A stretch of DNA of 24,046 bases. Origin: a virus (lineage: Duplodnaviria > Caudoviricetes). Of the stretch, positions 1-9,099 are shown piece after piece (positions within the stretch are counted from its first letter, which is position 1; each line of letters starts with the position of its first letter). Where the stretch lies: positions 1 through 24,046 of IMG/VR virus record IMGVR_UViG_3300016474_000984, one strand, 5' to 3'. The notes beneath the pieces were generated by a model. The model was not told where the DNA came from. It was given only the letters and a program-made list of their open reading frames with translations, and did no database searches. The position numbers were made by a program, and so were the translations under genes.

Positions 1-1169
1 AGATCATTGGTTTCAATCAAAACATAGGCATTATTATATGCCTTTGCTGCGTTTAAAATGACTGTTGGAAAATTAAAAGGACTTATAGTATTGTTTCTGT
101 AAGACGCAACAACTTTATATGGGGCTTGGCTTCCTTCTATAACGGTAAATGCGGAATAATCCACTCCTTGGCCTCTTGAGACGTCAGCTTGCAAAAAATA
201 TGTTTTTTCTGGATTTGGAGTTTCGTAAACACGATATCCTTCGGCATTTTCGGAAATCGGTTCTTCTGGTGCGAGATTGTTTAACTTGGTAGAAGAAATA
301 AGAGTATTTGAGGAGCCCAAAAAACTGCAGCCATATTCCTGCTCAAATTGGTCAGCACTCGTGTTAGCTATCTGTTCCGCTGCCCATTCATCATCCCGCA
401 ATCTTGGGCTTCCTGGGCTTATGGGGGTGTCGCGCCAAGTAACCTCAACAGGAACAAATTTATTTTTTAATTTGTGTCCTTCTGGTCTTTTTGCGTCTAC
501 CCACAATTTATGAAAATGGTTCATTCCATTCGGAGTCGAAACTATGATGAGTTTGGTCGTAGTACCCGCAGAAATGGTTGGATATGTTGATGTATAAAAT
601 TCTTCCGCTACGTGGCTGGGCAAGAAGGCATATTCGTCAAGCAAAAGCAAGTTGTATGAACCACCACGGATTGCGGATGAACTTGTTGCATCGCACATAA
701 CCCGCGAACCGTTTTCTAGTTTAAAACTAGTCTTGTTCCACTCTACGACACCCTGTTGCAAAAAATGAGGTAAATTTTCATATGCTAATTGCAGTTTAGA
801 AAATAACTCTTCCTTTGCCGTTTTTAATCTGTTTGCCAGAATGGCTACGTTTACGCTTTGATTAAAGGTAATGTAATGACAGATATAACTAGTAACGCAT
901 GTAGATTTACCACACTGACGTGGCCATTTTGAAATGACGAATCTACTATCATGAATCGCATTTACAAAGTTTTTTTGATATTGATAAAGATTAAACGGAA
1001 CTATACCTTTATCAAGCGTCTTGACTTTGATGTATTTTTCACAAAAATAAACCGGATCATTTGCACAACGAACATATTCCCGAAGCTGCTCTTCCGTATA
1101 CTGGAGAGAAACGCCTGGTAGTTTTAATTTTGGATTATTACGGTAGCCTTCTTTATTGTTCTGAGCCAT
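1..1169 (-). CDS. gp17: Terminase large subunit, T4 gp17-like (partial; runs off left edge, absent from ORF track)
   Basis: Manual translation from ATG at 1169: MAQNNKEGYRNNPKLK...RCANDPVYFCEKYIK...; Walker A PRQCGKST, Walker B YNLLLLDEYAF, coupling motif IVSTPNGMNHF, later FEQEYGCSF and ADVSRGQGVDYSAF; follows gp16. Confidence 0.97.
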   Translation of the reverse strand, partial: MAQNNKEGYRNNPKLKLPGVSLQYTEEQLREYVRCANDPVYFCEKYIKVKTLDKGIVPFNLYQYQKNFVNAIHDSRFVISKWPRQCGKSTCVTSYICHYITFNQSVNVAILANRLKTAKEELFSKLQLAYENLPHFLQQGVVEWNKTSFKLENGSRVMCDATSSSAIRGGSYNLLLLDEYAFLPSHVAEEFYTSTYPTISAGTTTKLIIVSTPNGMNHFHKLWVDAKRPEGHKLKNKFVPVEVTWRDTPISPGSPRLRDDEWAAEQIANTSADQFEQEYGCSFLGSSNTLISSTKLNNLAPEEPISENAEGYRVYETPNPEKTYFLQADVSRGQGVDYSAFTVIEGSQAPYKVVASYRNNTISPFNFPTVILNAAKAYNNAYVLIETND

Positions 1170-1596
1170 TACTTGTGCTCTCTACATCAATCACTTGTTT
1201 TTCCGTGCTTCTATCTTTATTTAATAAATTTTGAAGATCTTTTGTCGAACCGATAAATACGGAGTTATTCGTTTGCTTCAATTCTGTTTTCGCTGGAGCC
1301 GTGGTATCCTTGGCCTTTTTGTGTACATCCAAAACATTATTGTTTAAATCAGCCATTGTTTTCAATAAAATGGCAACTACTTCAAAAGCTCTTGGGCTGT
1401 CCGATTCTGTTGCTACTTTAAGTGCGGATTCTAGGGCCAAATTTCCATTGCCAATCAACTCTTTAAGATTTGATTGTACCAACTCATAATCTTTTTGGAA
1501 AGAACTGGCATCAAACGTACCACCACTCAACTGTTTTGTTTTTTGTGGAGTTTCTGCGACATCAAAAAGTTTTGCTAAATTTTTGTTTATATTCAT
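1153..1596 (-). CDS. gp16: Terminase small subunit, T4 gp16-like
   Basis: DYELVQSNL, SDSPRAFEVVA, TNNSVFIGSTKDLQ motifs typical of gp16; directly upstream of gp17. Confidence 0.93.
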   Translation of the reverse strand: MNINKNLAKLFDVAETPQKTKQLSGGTFDASSFQKDYELVQSNLKELIGNGNLALESALKVATESDSPRAFEVVAILLKTMADLNNNVLDVHKKAKDTTAPAKTELKQTNNSVFIGSTKDLQNLLNKDRSTEKQVIDVESTSNGSEQ

Positions 1597-1598
1597 AA

Positions 1599-2252
1599 TT
1601 AATCCAAAACAATCGGTATGGTATTACCAGCGGTAATTCCTGTGACCGATTTCACCTCACCGAATATCCAAGATTTTGCAAGAAATTGAAATGAAGCAAT
1701 TGTCAATCTTCTGCTCGACAAATCGCCCTCATACCGTTCTGTCAAATTGTTACTAACCATGACAATTGGGATCTGCATGTCGGATTGAACACTATTCATG
1801 TCCAGCGTAACAATATGCTCTGGAACAAAATAAGGCATTATCTGTTCTACGATTTGCAACATATCATCTGTATGACGGGTATACACGAACAAACTAAAAG
1901 TTACGTTTACCGGAATCTGATTGGAGATTCCGCTGCCAGAACCACCACAGCCTTGACCAATATTGTTGTTTTGAATGTAACGACCCAATCGTCTTCCTGG
2001 ATCGGCAACAATATTATTCATGTTAAAACTTATGATGGGAACTTGCAACTCCACCCTCGTTCCAGTGCTGATTGAGGATGGTTGCAACAATCTTTGAATA
2101 AATTTTTCTTGAGATGAATAGTGAATCGGGACACGAATGTTTGTCGGATTCCCACTATCTGGATCTACGTGAGTAACTTCAATGTTGCTAAACAGCGATC
2201 CAAAGGCTACTACGAGTTTTCGTAAGTTTTGATTGTAATAATATCCAAACAT
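1599..2252 (-). CDS. gp15: Tail sheath stabilizer/terminator, T4 gp15-like (start revised to MFGYYY at 2252)
   Basis: MFGYYYNQNLRKLVVAFGSLFSNI, RVPIHYSSQEKF, LQIVEQIMPYF motifs; TAATG overlap with gp14 stop. Confidence 0.93.
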   Translation of the reverse strand: MFGYYYNQNLRKLVVAFGSLFSNIEVTHVDPDSGNPTNIRVPIHYSSQEKFIQRLLQPSSISTGTRVELQVPIISFNMNNIVADPGRRLGRYIQNNNIGQGCGGSGSGISNQIPVNVTFSLFVYTRHTDDMLQIVEQIMPYFVPEHIVTLDMNSVQSDMQIPIVMVSNNLTERYEGDLSSRRLTIASFQFLAKSWIFGEVKSVTGITAGNTIPIVLD

Positions 2253-2929
2253 TATATGCCTCCAGAGCAACCAGAATCATTAAAGGGATTATTTGGATCA
2301 AATCCATAAGAATTACCCTCGGTTTGCAAAACATCATTGATACCATAAGTAGTTCCAAGACCATTTGATAGTGGGATGATCGTGGAACCAGACAACCCTG
2401 CCGTAGTGCTAGTATATGGCGCATTGATGTCTGTATTGGTTGTAGTAATCTTTTCGTAGCTGTAAGTGAACAATTCTGCGGTTATTTGGTAAGAATACAA
2501 TTTTCCGAGAGGATAAAAAGGATTTTCATGCTCAACAAAGTTAATTTCAAACAATGACTTAGAAAGAGGGAAATAAATAAGATCGCCTTCTCTAGGTCGC
2601 GTTATGGTGTTATCTATGTCGGTGACTTCTTCCTTAAATCGCCTGCGCGCCATCAACAATGAAATTTTATCTTTAATTTCCAAACCAAACTGCGTGATTA
2701 TGTCATTTCCATCAAAACCTTTAAAAGATTGTATATACATTTCGATAACATAGGATCTGCGAAATGATGAGGCTGGATCTTCTCCAAAAACTTTATCTAT
2801 GTTAAAATACTGACGTGGAACATAATAACAATCCTGCCCTATTCCCTGAATCAACTCTACCGTGATGTCTTCGATCAGGTTTTGTTCTGGCTGGTAGTTG
2901 GTTAAATTGATGTATGGATTTGTTGCCAT
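2252..2929 (-). CDS. gp14: Neck protein, T4 gp14-like
   Basis: EQNLIEDI, YYVPR, FGEDP, IEMY, RPREGDLIYFP, LFEINFVEHENPFY; gp13-14-15-16-17 synteny. Confidence 0.95.
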   Translation of the reverse strand: MATNPYINLTNYQPEQNLIEDITVELIQGIGQDCYYVPRQYFNIDKVFGEDPASSFRRSYVIEMYIQSFKGFDGNDIITQFGLEIKDKISLLMARRRFKEEVTDIDNTITRPREGDLIYFPLSKSLFEINFVEHENPFYPLGKLYSYQITAELFTYSYEKITTTNTDINAPYTSTTAGLSGSTIIPLSNGLGTTYGINDVLQTEGNSYGFDPNNPFNDSGCSGGI

Positions 2930-2930
2930 G

Positions 2931-3761
2931 TTATCCTATCATTGGATCGATTGGATTTTCATAAACCTTAGTCAGCATCTGTTCTATTTCAGCCAGTTCT
3001 CTAACAGCCTCCTGCATAATGGCAGGCGCATTCAGCTGCGCTCCTCCCGGCAAAGGCATGCCAGAGAATTTTAGTAGATTTTGGGCCCACTGTTTCTTTA
3101 ACAGTGCCGCATAATGTCTTTTGAAGACACGGTCATCCCATGCTTTTGGATAATAATCAGGATCGACTTTTACATAGGCTTCAATCATGACGTAATTTCC
3201 AGCCTCAAGGTCCGACCATTGGGTTTCCAAGAAAAGCCTGTTTGTACTCTTTGTATATGTGTAAGAAACTGGATAATTGAATACATCATTGATCAGTGAA
3301 ATGTATTGCATACTTTCCATATACGTTGCCATTGGGCCCTGTGCCAAGCCGCCTTGATTGAAGTACAGACCGAAGAAATCAAACAAGGTCATCTGATATC
3401 GCAAATCAAACATGTAATCCCCAACTTGATCGCTTGGACTGTAAACTTTGGTCACTGATACGATATCAGTGGCAGCTGGCCAAAATCCGGTTACTCCGGT
3501 AGACGCCGAGGTGACGGCCTGAGCACCAACTGCATAGCCAAAAGTACTGACGTCCAGATATTGATTAGTTGTTGCCGTGGCACCGATTGGAACCACAAAC
3601 TGGGCTCTTTGATTAAAATCAAAATGCCTTTCCTGCATATATTCCAGGGATTCATCAAGCCTATCTTCAGCTTGCTCGGGGTCTACGTTGATCTGTATAA
3701 CCGGAGCACCGAGCTTCCTGAATGTATAATCAATAAATTCTTGTCTTGTAGTGATGGCCAT
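2931..3761 (-). CDS. gp13: Neck protein, T4 gp13-like
   Basis: RKLGAPVIQINV, QERHFD, KKQWAQNLLKFSGMPLPGGAQLN motifs; synteny. Confidence 0.95.
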   Translation of the reverse strand: MAITTRQEFIDYTFRKLGAPVIQINVDPEQAEDRLDESLEYMQERHFDFNQRAQFVVPIGATATTNQYLDVSTFGYAVGAQAVTSASTGVTGFWPAATDIVSVTKVYSPSDQVGDYMFDLRYQMTLFDFFGLYFNQGGLAQGPMATYMESMQYISLINDVFNYPVSYTYTKSTNRLFLETQWSDLEAGNYVMIEAYVKVDPDYYPKAWDDRVFKRHYAALLKKQWAQNLLKFSGMPLPGGAQLNAPAIMQEAVRELAEIEQMLTKVYENPIDPMIG

Positions 3762-3766
3762 GCAAA

Positions 3767-3773
3767 TATTTAT
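3767..3773 (-). promoter_or_regulatory. T4-like late promoter ATAAATA, 5 nt before gp13 ATG
   Basis: Minus strand ATAAATA-TTTGC-ATG; matches late TATA box core; no SD possible. Confidence 0.75.
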
Positions 3774-3794
3774 GCATTTGCATTAATAATAAGT

Positions 3795-4193
3795 TTACGT
3801 TTCACCAATTGTAATTTGAACCGTTTTTAGATCTTCCGGGTCCAATGCTTCGATTTGCTGCTTTCGATCTTTGATTTCCGGCAAAACAAAATTTGGATCA
3901 TAATTGCTAAACCCCGGCATGTGTACCGGACAATTCAATACCGGATAGTCTAATTTTGAATATTCATTTCCATTTGCAATAAGCCACGTATGACGCTTGT
4001 CCCCACATCCGCAACGACCGCAATAGTGTTTGCCTGTAGCACTGCTTTGTTTTAAAAATGGACACGTTGTTTCAATTCCGGCACCACCAAAACACGATAC
4101 AACTCGCAGTTGTTTTGTTTCGGTATCCGTTTTTTTGTTTCCCACGCCACGAGACGCCAACGACGCCGCAAACATAATCATTTTTTGAATCAT
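3795..4193 (-). CDS. Cys-rich hypothetical protein, putative metal-binding
   Basis: R-x3-C...CP...CGRCGC...K-x7-CP pattern; co-oriented and 1 nt from upstream gene. Confidence 0.75.
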   Translation of the reverse strand: MIQKMIMFAASLASRGVGNKKTDTETKQLRVVSCFGGAGIETTCPFLKQSSATGKHYCGRCGCGDKRHTWLIANGNEYSKLDYPVLNCPVHMPGFSNYDPNFVLPEIKDRKQQIEALDPEDLKTVQITIGET

Positions 4194-4194
4194 A

Positions 4195-4830
4195 TTAAAT
4201 CACCTCATACGTAACAACTGTTCCTGCTGGAATAATATAAGTCGCTAAAAAAGCCTCATATTCTAGAAGTGCGTCATACTGTGCTGCAGTAACCTGTATT
4301 TGTATGCTGCAATATGTAGTTGTAGTAACATAAACATCCGTGTAACCAAATCCCAGCAACCCACATAACACATACTTAATGGATTCAGGTAACCCTTTAA
4401 TATTAAAATAATTTGCATCAATCTTGGTTGCAAAAGTTCTTATATTTGGGAGTATGCTGCTTAAAGGCGCTTGGCTGAAATCTGCCCCCGGAAAATAAAA
4501 ATCAGCCAAAGCTTCTAAAAAAATAGAGTTCATGTATAAGGGAACTCTTATGTTTTCCCAATTTAACTGGGCACCATAACCATATTCTAAACTAAAAAGC
4601 CAACGAAAATAATTTTTTATAACAGGAACGATTGTTACGTTTGTTGGATTGTTTTCGTATTCTTTCAAAATCCATTGTGGAAATAATGATTCTACGGTCA
4701 ACAAGTCACCAAACCATGGTGTATTGGTCGTGTCATAAGTGTCGCTTCCCAGTTGAGTTGCAATAACTTCTTTGGAAAGAGCACTTTTAGTAGCTAAGGA
4801 TACAGGTTGATTGCTGTAAATTGTTATCAT
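4195..4830 (-). CDS. Minimal baseplate wedge protein, gp7/P2 gpI-like
   Basis: VESLFPQWI, KNYFRWL, NYFNIKGLPESIKYVLCGLLG and IIPAGT match gp7-family core motifs (FY..KGT..S...LF..LFG; HPAG); follows gp6 with ATGA overlap. Confidence 0.7.
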   Translation of the reverse strand: MITIYSNQPVSLATKSALSKEVIATQLGSDTYDTTNTPWFGDLLTVESLFPQWILKEYENNPTNVTIVPVIKNYFRWLFSLEYGYGAQLNWENIRVPLYMNSIFLEALADFYFPGADFSQAPLSSILPNIRTFATKIDANYFNIKGLPESIKYVLCGLLGFGYTDVYVTTTTYCSIQIQVTAAQYDALLEYEAFLATYIIPAGTVVTYEVI

Positions 4831-5906
4831 TGTTCATACACCAAATTTATACCGGCTACACTTCTGTCCCCCAGATAAGTCATCAATGCACTGGCGTTTG
4901 AGGAAGAAAGCCCTGAAACATATATTTTAACTTTTCCGGGAATGCAGCAATCGTTTTGCACGGTGATTAAACTTTCATCGCTAGTACCACTTATTCCAGA
5001 ACCTATGATAGCATTTACAAAATCGTTTATGGTGACACAACGATCTTGGGCAGTGGCATTAAATAATAGCTTGTATCTAGCTTGGGTAACTGAAAGTAAA
5101 TCGTATCCGCCAGATGGAGTAACTGCAGTTGGAAAGAGCGTATCTGAGCGAGAGGTAATTGAAGCATTGTTTCCCGCAGATCCATTGGATACAACAGCTT
5201 TTATCAAAACCGTGCTAGAAGTTGTAATTCTTTTAGCAGTTAAAAAATTATTGGTTACAATATAACCCTTTGGTCCATTAATTACTGTAAATGTTTCGGT
5301 ATCGTCGCTACTTGAAGTGGTGCTTTTATCAACACGTGTCCATTTTGTCACAGTGCCAGAACCAATTTGTGTTTCGTAAAATGAAATTGTTCTGGGATCT
5401 ATAGTATATGGTAGTTCACATGATTGGGTTGTATAATCATAATTTGTAAAACTTGTTACAGATTGACCGCAGTACAAAACTGTTGTTTTGCTGGTGTTTG
5501 CCGGTACCGAAGTAATATTAAAGAAAAATGTATCCGCCCCCGTGGGTGTAGTTGCTAAAAAGGTGCTGTATTCTTCTAGAGTCGAACCAACAGCGGTCAC
5601 TGTTCTAGATGATGTCGCACTTTGGATTGGTGCAAGCAACACTGAATTATTTGCCGCAATACCCATCAGGCTTTCCATAAGTGTGGTGGTTGTGGCAAAA
5701 GAATTGATAAATCCAAATTGGGCATATATTCCATTGTATGCCGTCGCGGTAGCTAAAATATTTACAAGCAAATTTGTGGTGCTGGCTGTATTGTCAAAAT
5801 CCAAGTCAGCTAGATCTGGTTGTTGTTTAAAAAATGAAATCAACGAACTTTTGATATCATCAAAGTCCAACGAGGCGACATTAAGATTTTTTAGCTGGTA
5901 AGTCAT
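4827..5906 (-). CDS. gp6: Baseplate wedge subunit gp6-like, short (359 aa)
   Basis: LNVASLDFDDIKSSLISFFKQQ...DLDF N-terminus, SNGSAGN, AQDRCVTINDF (cf. QNRAVT..DY); follows gp25. Confidence 0.88.
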   Translation of the reverse strand: MTYQLKNLNVASLDFDDIKSSLISFFKQQPDLADLDFDNTASTTNLLVNILATATAYNGIYAQFGFINSFATTTTLMESLMGIAANNSVLLAPIQSATSSRTVTAVGSTLEEYSTFLATTPTGADTFFFNITSVPANTSKTTVLYCGQSVTSFTNYDYTTQSCELPYTIDPRTISFYETQIGSGTVTKWTRVDKSTTSSSDDTETFTVINGPKGYIVTNNFLTAKRITTSSTVLIKAVVSNGSAGNNASITSRSDTLFPTAVTPSGGYDLLSVTQARYKLLFNATAQDRCVTINDFVNAIIGSGISGTSDESLITVQNDCCIPGKVKIYVSGLSSSNASALMTYLGDRSVAGINLVYEQ

Positions 5907-6286
5907 TAAATTTCAACCTCAATTAGAGTGCTGGCATTATTTTGTGAATTTATTCCATCTGTGATAGAATACGTAATAAAAAACTGATAAGACGTATCAG
6001 TGATGTTTTCGACCTGAACGGTTACATCATTGATGGACGGAATTCCAGCTTCTATATAAGAAGCCAATGAACCCTGCAAAGCACCGACATCAGCCTGACC
6101 ACCAAAAATGTACGTAAAATAATTTGATCCAAAATTAATATCTGAAACCAGTTCACCTTTTTGGGTTTTGCAGACATTTTCAATGTATTGTGCGTATGCG
6201 TTATATCCGCTAACCAAAGAAATGTCTTTTTTGGCTGCTCGGGTGTTTATCTTTTCAAGCAAAATTGAAAAATCTTTAAGTGCCAT
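5906..6286 (-). CDS. gp25: Baseplate wedge subunit gp25-like (start revised to MALKDFS at 6286)
   Basis: IENVCKTQKGELVSDINFGS matches gp25/GPW motif (NL..T..GER...P.FGS); late promoter immediately upstream of the revised start. Confidence 0.85.
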   Translation of the reverse strand: MALKDFSILLEKINTRAAKKDISLVSGYNAYAQYIENVCKTQKGELVSDINFGSNYFTYIFGGQADVGALQGSLASYIEAGIPSINDVTVQVENITDTSYQFFITYSITDGINSQNNASTLIEVEI

Positions 6287-6291
6287 CAGAA

Positions 6292-6299
6292 TATTTATA
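6292..6299 (-). promoter_or_regulatory. T4 late promoter TATAAATA, 5 nt before gp25 ATG
   Basis: Perfect T4 late consensus: TATAAATA-TTCTG-ATG. Confidence 0.85.
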
Positions 6300-7070
6300 T
6301 CATGAATAATATGGAATATTTGCGGTACTTCCAGTAACTCCGCTATAATCTCCAGCAATTTGACTTAAGGATAAAGCACTTTCGTGGGTACCGGAATTGG
6401 TTACTACATGTTTAATTCCGGTGATGTAGTAAAGTCCATTTAAATATGGATTTTGTTGTAAATATGGATATTTGCTGACACCGTCTACTCTCACATTTAC
6501 TACCTGCCCCACCTTTAATTTAAAATCTCCAGCCACAGTTACTTCTAATTTTTTTCCGTATTGCAAAGCATCGATGAATTCAGCTCGTTTTACCGGAGCT
6601 TCCACTGGTGTGTTCCAAAAAGATGCATCATTCAATCTTAATTTAATATAAGCTTCGTAGTTTGGACCCAAATCTGGGCAAGTGCAGCTGTATGGTGCCG
6701 CAGGTGTACCCCATAAACAACCAAGCCAATCGCTTCCTAATGTACTATTTATTTGCTCACATTCTGTCGAAGGTTTTTCAAAATAAACATCCACCGGAAT
6801 AAAAGTGTTTGTCAAATTTACCGAAGGTGCTCCGCTCCCACCCGTCCAAAGGGTATAACCACCACTTGTTGGATTGTAAAATCCCATGGCAGTGGCTATA
6901 TCTTTGACTCCAGGATACTGACTAAAACACTCGTCTAACGAGCTGGGTGCAAGGCATACTCCACGTGTAATTGTGCTGTTTGCACACTCGTACGTATCTT
7001 TGCCGTTGACAGAATAAAAGGCAGATTGAGCTTGATTAGTTCCGTATGTATATATTTGATTTGATGGCAT
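6300..7070 (-). CDS. Baseplate hub (gp27-like) C-terminal portion
   Basis: KLEVTVAGDFKLKVGQVV...YLNGLYYITGIKHVV...HESALSL matches hub/gpD-like C-terminal barrel motif; SD GAGGA 6 nt upstream. Confidence 0.7.
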   Translation of the reverse strand: MPSNQIYTYGTNQAQSAFYSVNGKDTYECANSTITRGVCLAPSSLDECFSQYPGVKDIATAMGFYNPTSGGYTLWTGGSGAPSVNLTNTFIPVDVYFEKPSTECEQINSTLGSDWLGCLWGTPAAPYSCTCPDLGPNYEAYIKLRLNDASFWNTPVEAPVKRAEFIDALQYGKKLEVTVAGDFKLKVGQVVNVRVDGVSKYPYLQQNPYLNGLYYITGIKHVVTNSGTHESALSLSQIAGDYSGVTGSTANIPYYS

Positions 7071-7079
7071 ACTATATCC

Positions 7080-9098
7080 TCAACATGCTCCGTCCACAAT
7101 ATTTTCGGCCCAAAAGTAAATAACTCTATCAGTTGGCGAACTTTGATCTATACACAACCTGACAATATGGCCTATTTCTCCAGTGCTAGGCGGAGGAGAT
7201 AGATTTGATTTTGCACCAATGGGTCTAAATTTAAATGAATCAGGCAAGTTTGTAGATACCCAACCCGGTGGCAAATAATTTGCGGTAAGTCCACGCTCAT
7301 TTAAATTAATGGCCCAAGTATTATCTTGTTGAGTACTTGATTTTACACTTGGGTCCAAGGACCACGCTTCAAGTTGATGTGCATAAGTAGTTCCACCAGA
7401 TCCACCGCATGCACCCGAGGCACTGCATGCTCCACATATGCCACTGCCTGCGGTAGCACCAAAGATAATTTTATTCCATTTATACCGATAAAATTTAGCA
7501 CCACCCGCTAAAGTCATCCCGGGAGGTACACCATTTGGATAAGATGAGTCTGGTTCATATTTTTGCAACAAAGCAAAAAAACAATCTTCTTTTGCGCCCA
7601 TGCAACATAAAGAATACATTACAAAATTTTGAGCTTCTATTTGTCTCATCAACGCTAAATGATTTGATGATGTGAAGCCAACAGGACCGGCACTTGCGCC
7701 GGATAATCCATTATTAGTTAAAAACGAGTTATATCTAATATCCAATACTTTTTGTAAATTTGTACTTGCACCCAAAGAAGGTTCTGTCACGGCCACACTA
7801 GATTGCGTGGGATAATTTGGATGGATGGGCGTTATGCTGAACATGTTTCTCCACATATCTGGGCTATCCAAATATGGCATCATGCCAGTTATACCCATCA
7901 TGTTTAGCAAACTATATTGTTGTTCTGTACCGTATTGGCTCCCCAACAAATTGGTTATGGACCTGTTGTTGCTTGGAATCTGTCCATCATAATATCCCCA
8001 TTCCGTATCAGGATAAATTTGATCGCCGCCAGGAGGTGCGCTTTTAGCCCTGCCCTGAACTGTAACAACCTCTAAATTGTATTTTTGTCCATCATCCAAA
8101 TAATGAAAGGCTAAATTTTTTGTTTTAGTATTAGCCAATTCCAAGAGCTGTTCTTCACTAAGTTCTCCACCACATACTCCAGTGAGAGATGTGATTTCAT
8201 CAACATACTTTGGTGTTTTTCTAATATAATAATAATTTTTAGAAATCCATTGAAAAGCCGGATTTGTGGCTAAGAAGTAAGATTTTCTATAAATTTTTCT
8301 ATCACTCAGTTGCTGCAAAACTGCATCACCGTCAAAAATCCCTATGTTTCGAAAATCTTGATTTATTGTTTCATAGGAAGCATCTTTGGTTAGATCTCTG
8401 TGAAAATATTTAAAATTTACTTCGCCACCAAAACTGGTCCAAAATAGGAAATACGGATTTTTTTCATTGTTTATAGCATATGTGCTGATGTAATTTAAAA
8501 GCTCAATAGCATTGTCTGGTACAGATTCATCACCGCTGTTATAAGGAATAAAAGGTCTATATAAAAAATAATTTACTGCGGGATCTTGATATCCGCCAGT
8601 GGAATCGGCAGCTGTTCCGAATGTAGTGGTTCTCAAAAATGTTACAAATTCATTAATTGAAAAAATTTGTGGCTTTTTGTAACCCAAAAGATCAATTACA
8701 CCCCTGCTAGAAAAGTAGGTATAATATAGATTGGTAAAATTGATTACAACTAAAGTTTCTTCCGTATCGGAAGCAGCGTTGTTCATGTAAGAGACGCTGG
8801 TAATCTCTCCATTCCACCGCTTTCCATCAAAAAATTGAATTATGACATATTTTATTTTATTTGCTGCAATGTACGTTTCTATGTCATTTGTGTCTTTAAC
8901 CATGACAGCTCCCGATGGGAGCACATCATTTACATTTTCTACCAATTCCAAACGTTCAAATCGGCATTGAGTGTTTTGTACAGTAATTTTTAAAAGTGTG
9001 TTATTTGAATCAGAAAGTTCTTCAGGTAACGTAGGACTCAAAAAAATTGCTTTAATAGTAGAATATGCTGGATTAAAATTGGACTGAGTGTTAGGCAT
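7080..9098 (-). CDS. Baseplate hub (gp27-like) N-terminal portion with Cys/Gly-rich extension
   Basis: LVENVNDVLPSGAVMVKD and YFLFWTSFGGEVNFK match hub N-terminal motifs; position after gp53. Confidence 0.65.
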   Translation of the reverse strand: MPNTQSNFNPAYSTIKAIFLSPTLPEELSDSNNTLLKITVQNTQCRFERLELVENVNDVLPSGAVMVKDTNDIETYIAANKIKYVIIQFFDGKRWNGEITSVSYMNNAASDTEETLVVINFTNLYYTYFSSRGVIDLLGYKKPQIFSINEFVTFLRTTTFGTAADSTGGYQDPAVNYFLYRPFIPYNSGDESVPDNAIELLNYISTYAINNEKNPYFLFWTSFGGEVNFKYFHRDLTKDASYETINQDFRNIGIFDGDAVLQQLSDRKIYRKSYFLATNPAFQWISKNYYYIRKTPKYVDEITSLTGVCGGELSEEQLLELANTKTKNLAFHYLDDGQKYNLEVVTVQGRAKSAPPGGDQIYPDTEWGYYDGQIPSNNRSITNLLGSQYGTEQQYSLLNMMGITGMMPYLDSPDMWRNMFSITPIHPNYPTQSSVAVTEPSLGASTNLQKVLDIRYNSFLTNNGLSGASAGPVGFTSSNHLALMRQIEAQNFVMYSLCCMGAKEDCFFALLQKYEPDSSYPNGVPPGMTLAGGAKFYRYKWNKIIFGATAGSGICGACSASGACGGSGGTTYAHQLEAWSLDPSVKSSTQQDNTWAINLNERGLTANYLPPGWVSTNLPDSFKFRPIGAKSNLSPPPSTGEIGHIVRLCIDQSSPTDRVIYFWAENIVDGAC

Positions 9099-9099
9099 A

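Noticed and set aside
1-1169. Intron or intein in the terminase
   Set aside because: Conserved motifs follow at normal spacing in one frame in the visible portion; only small loop insertions
6287-6358. N-terminal extensions given by the ORF track for gp25 (also gp15, gp33, wHTH and the 21261 ORF)
   Set aside because: They overlap upstream genes or promoters; downstream ATGs fit family N-termini and promoter spacing better
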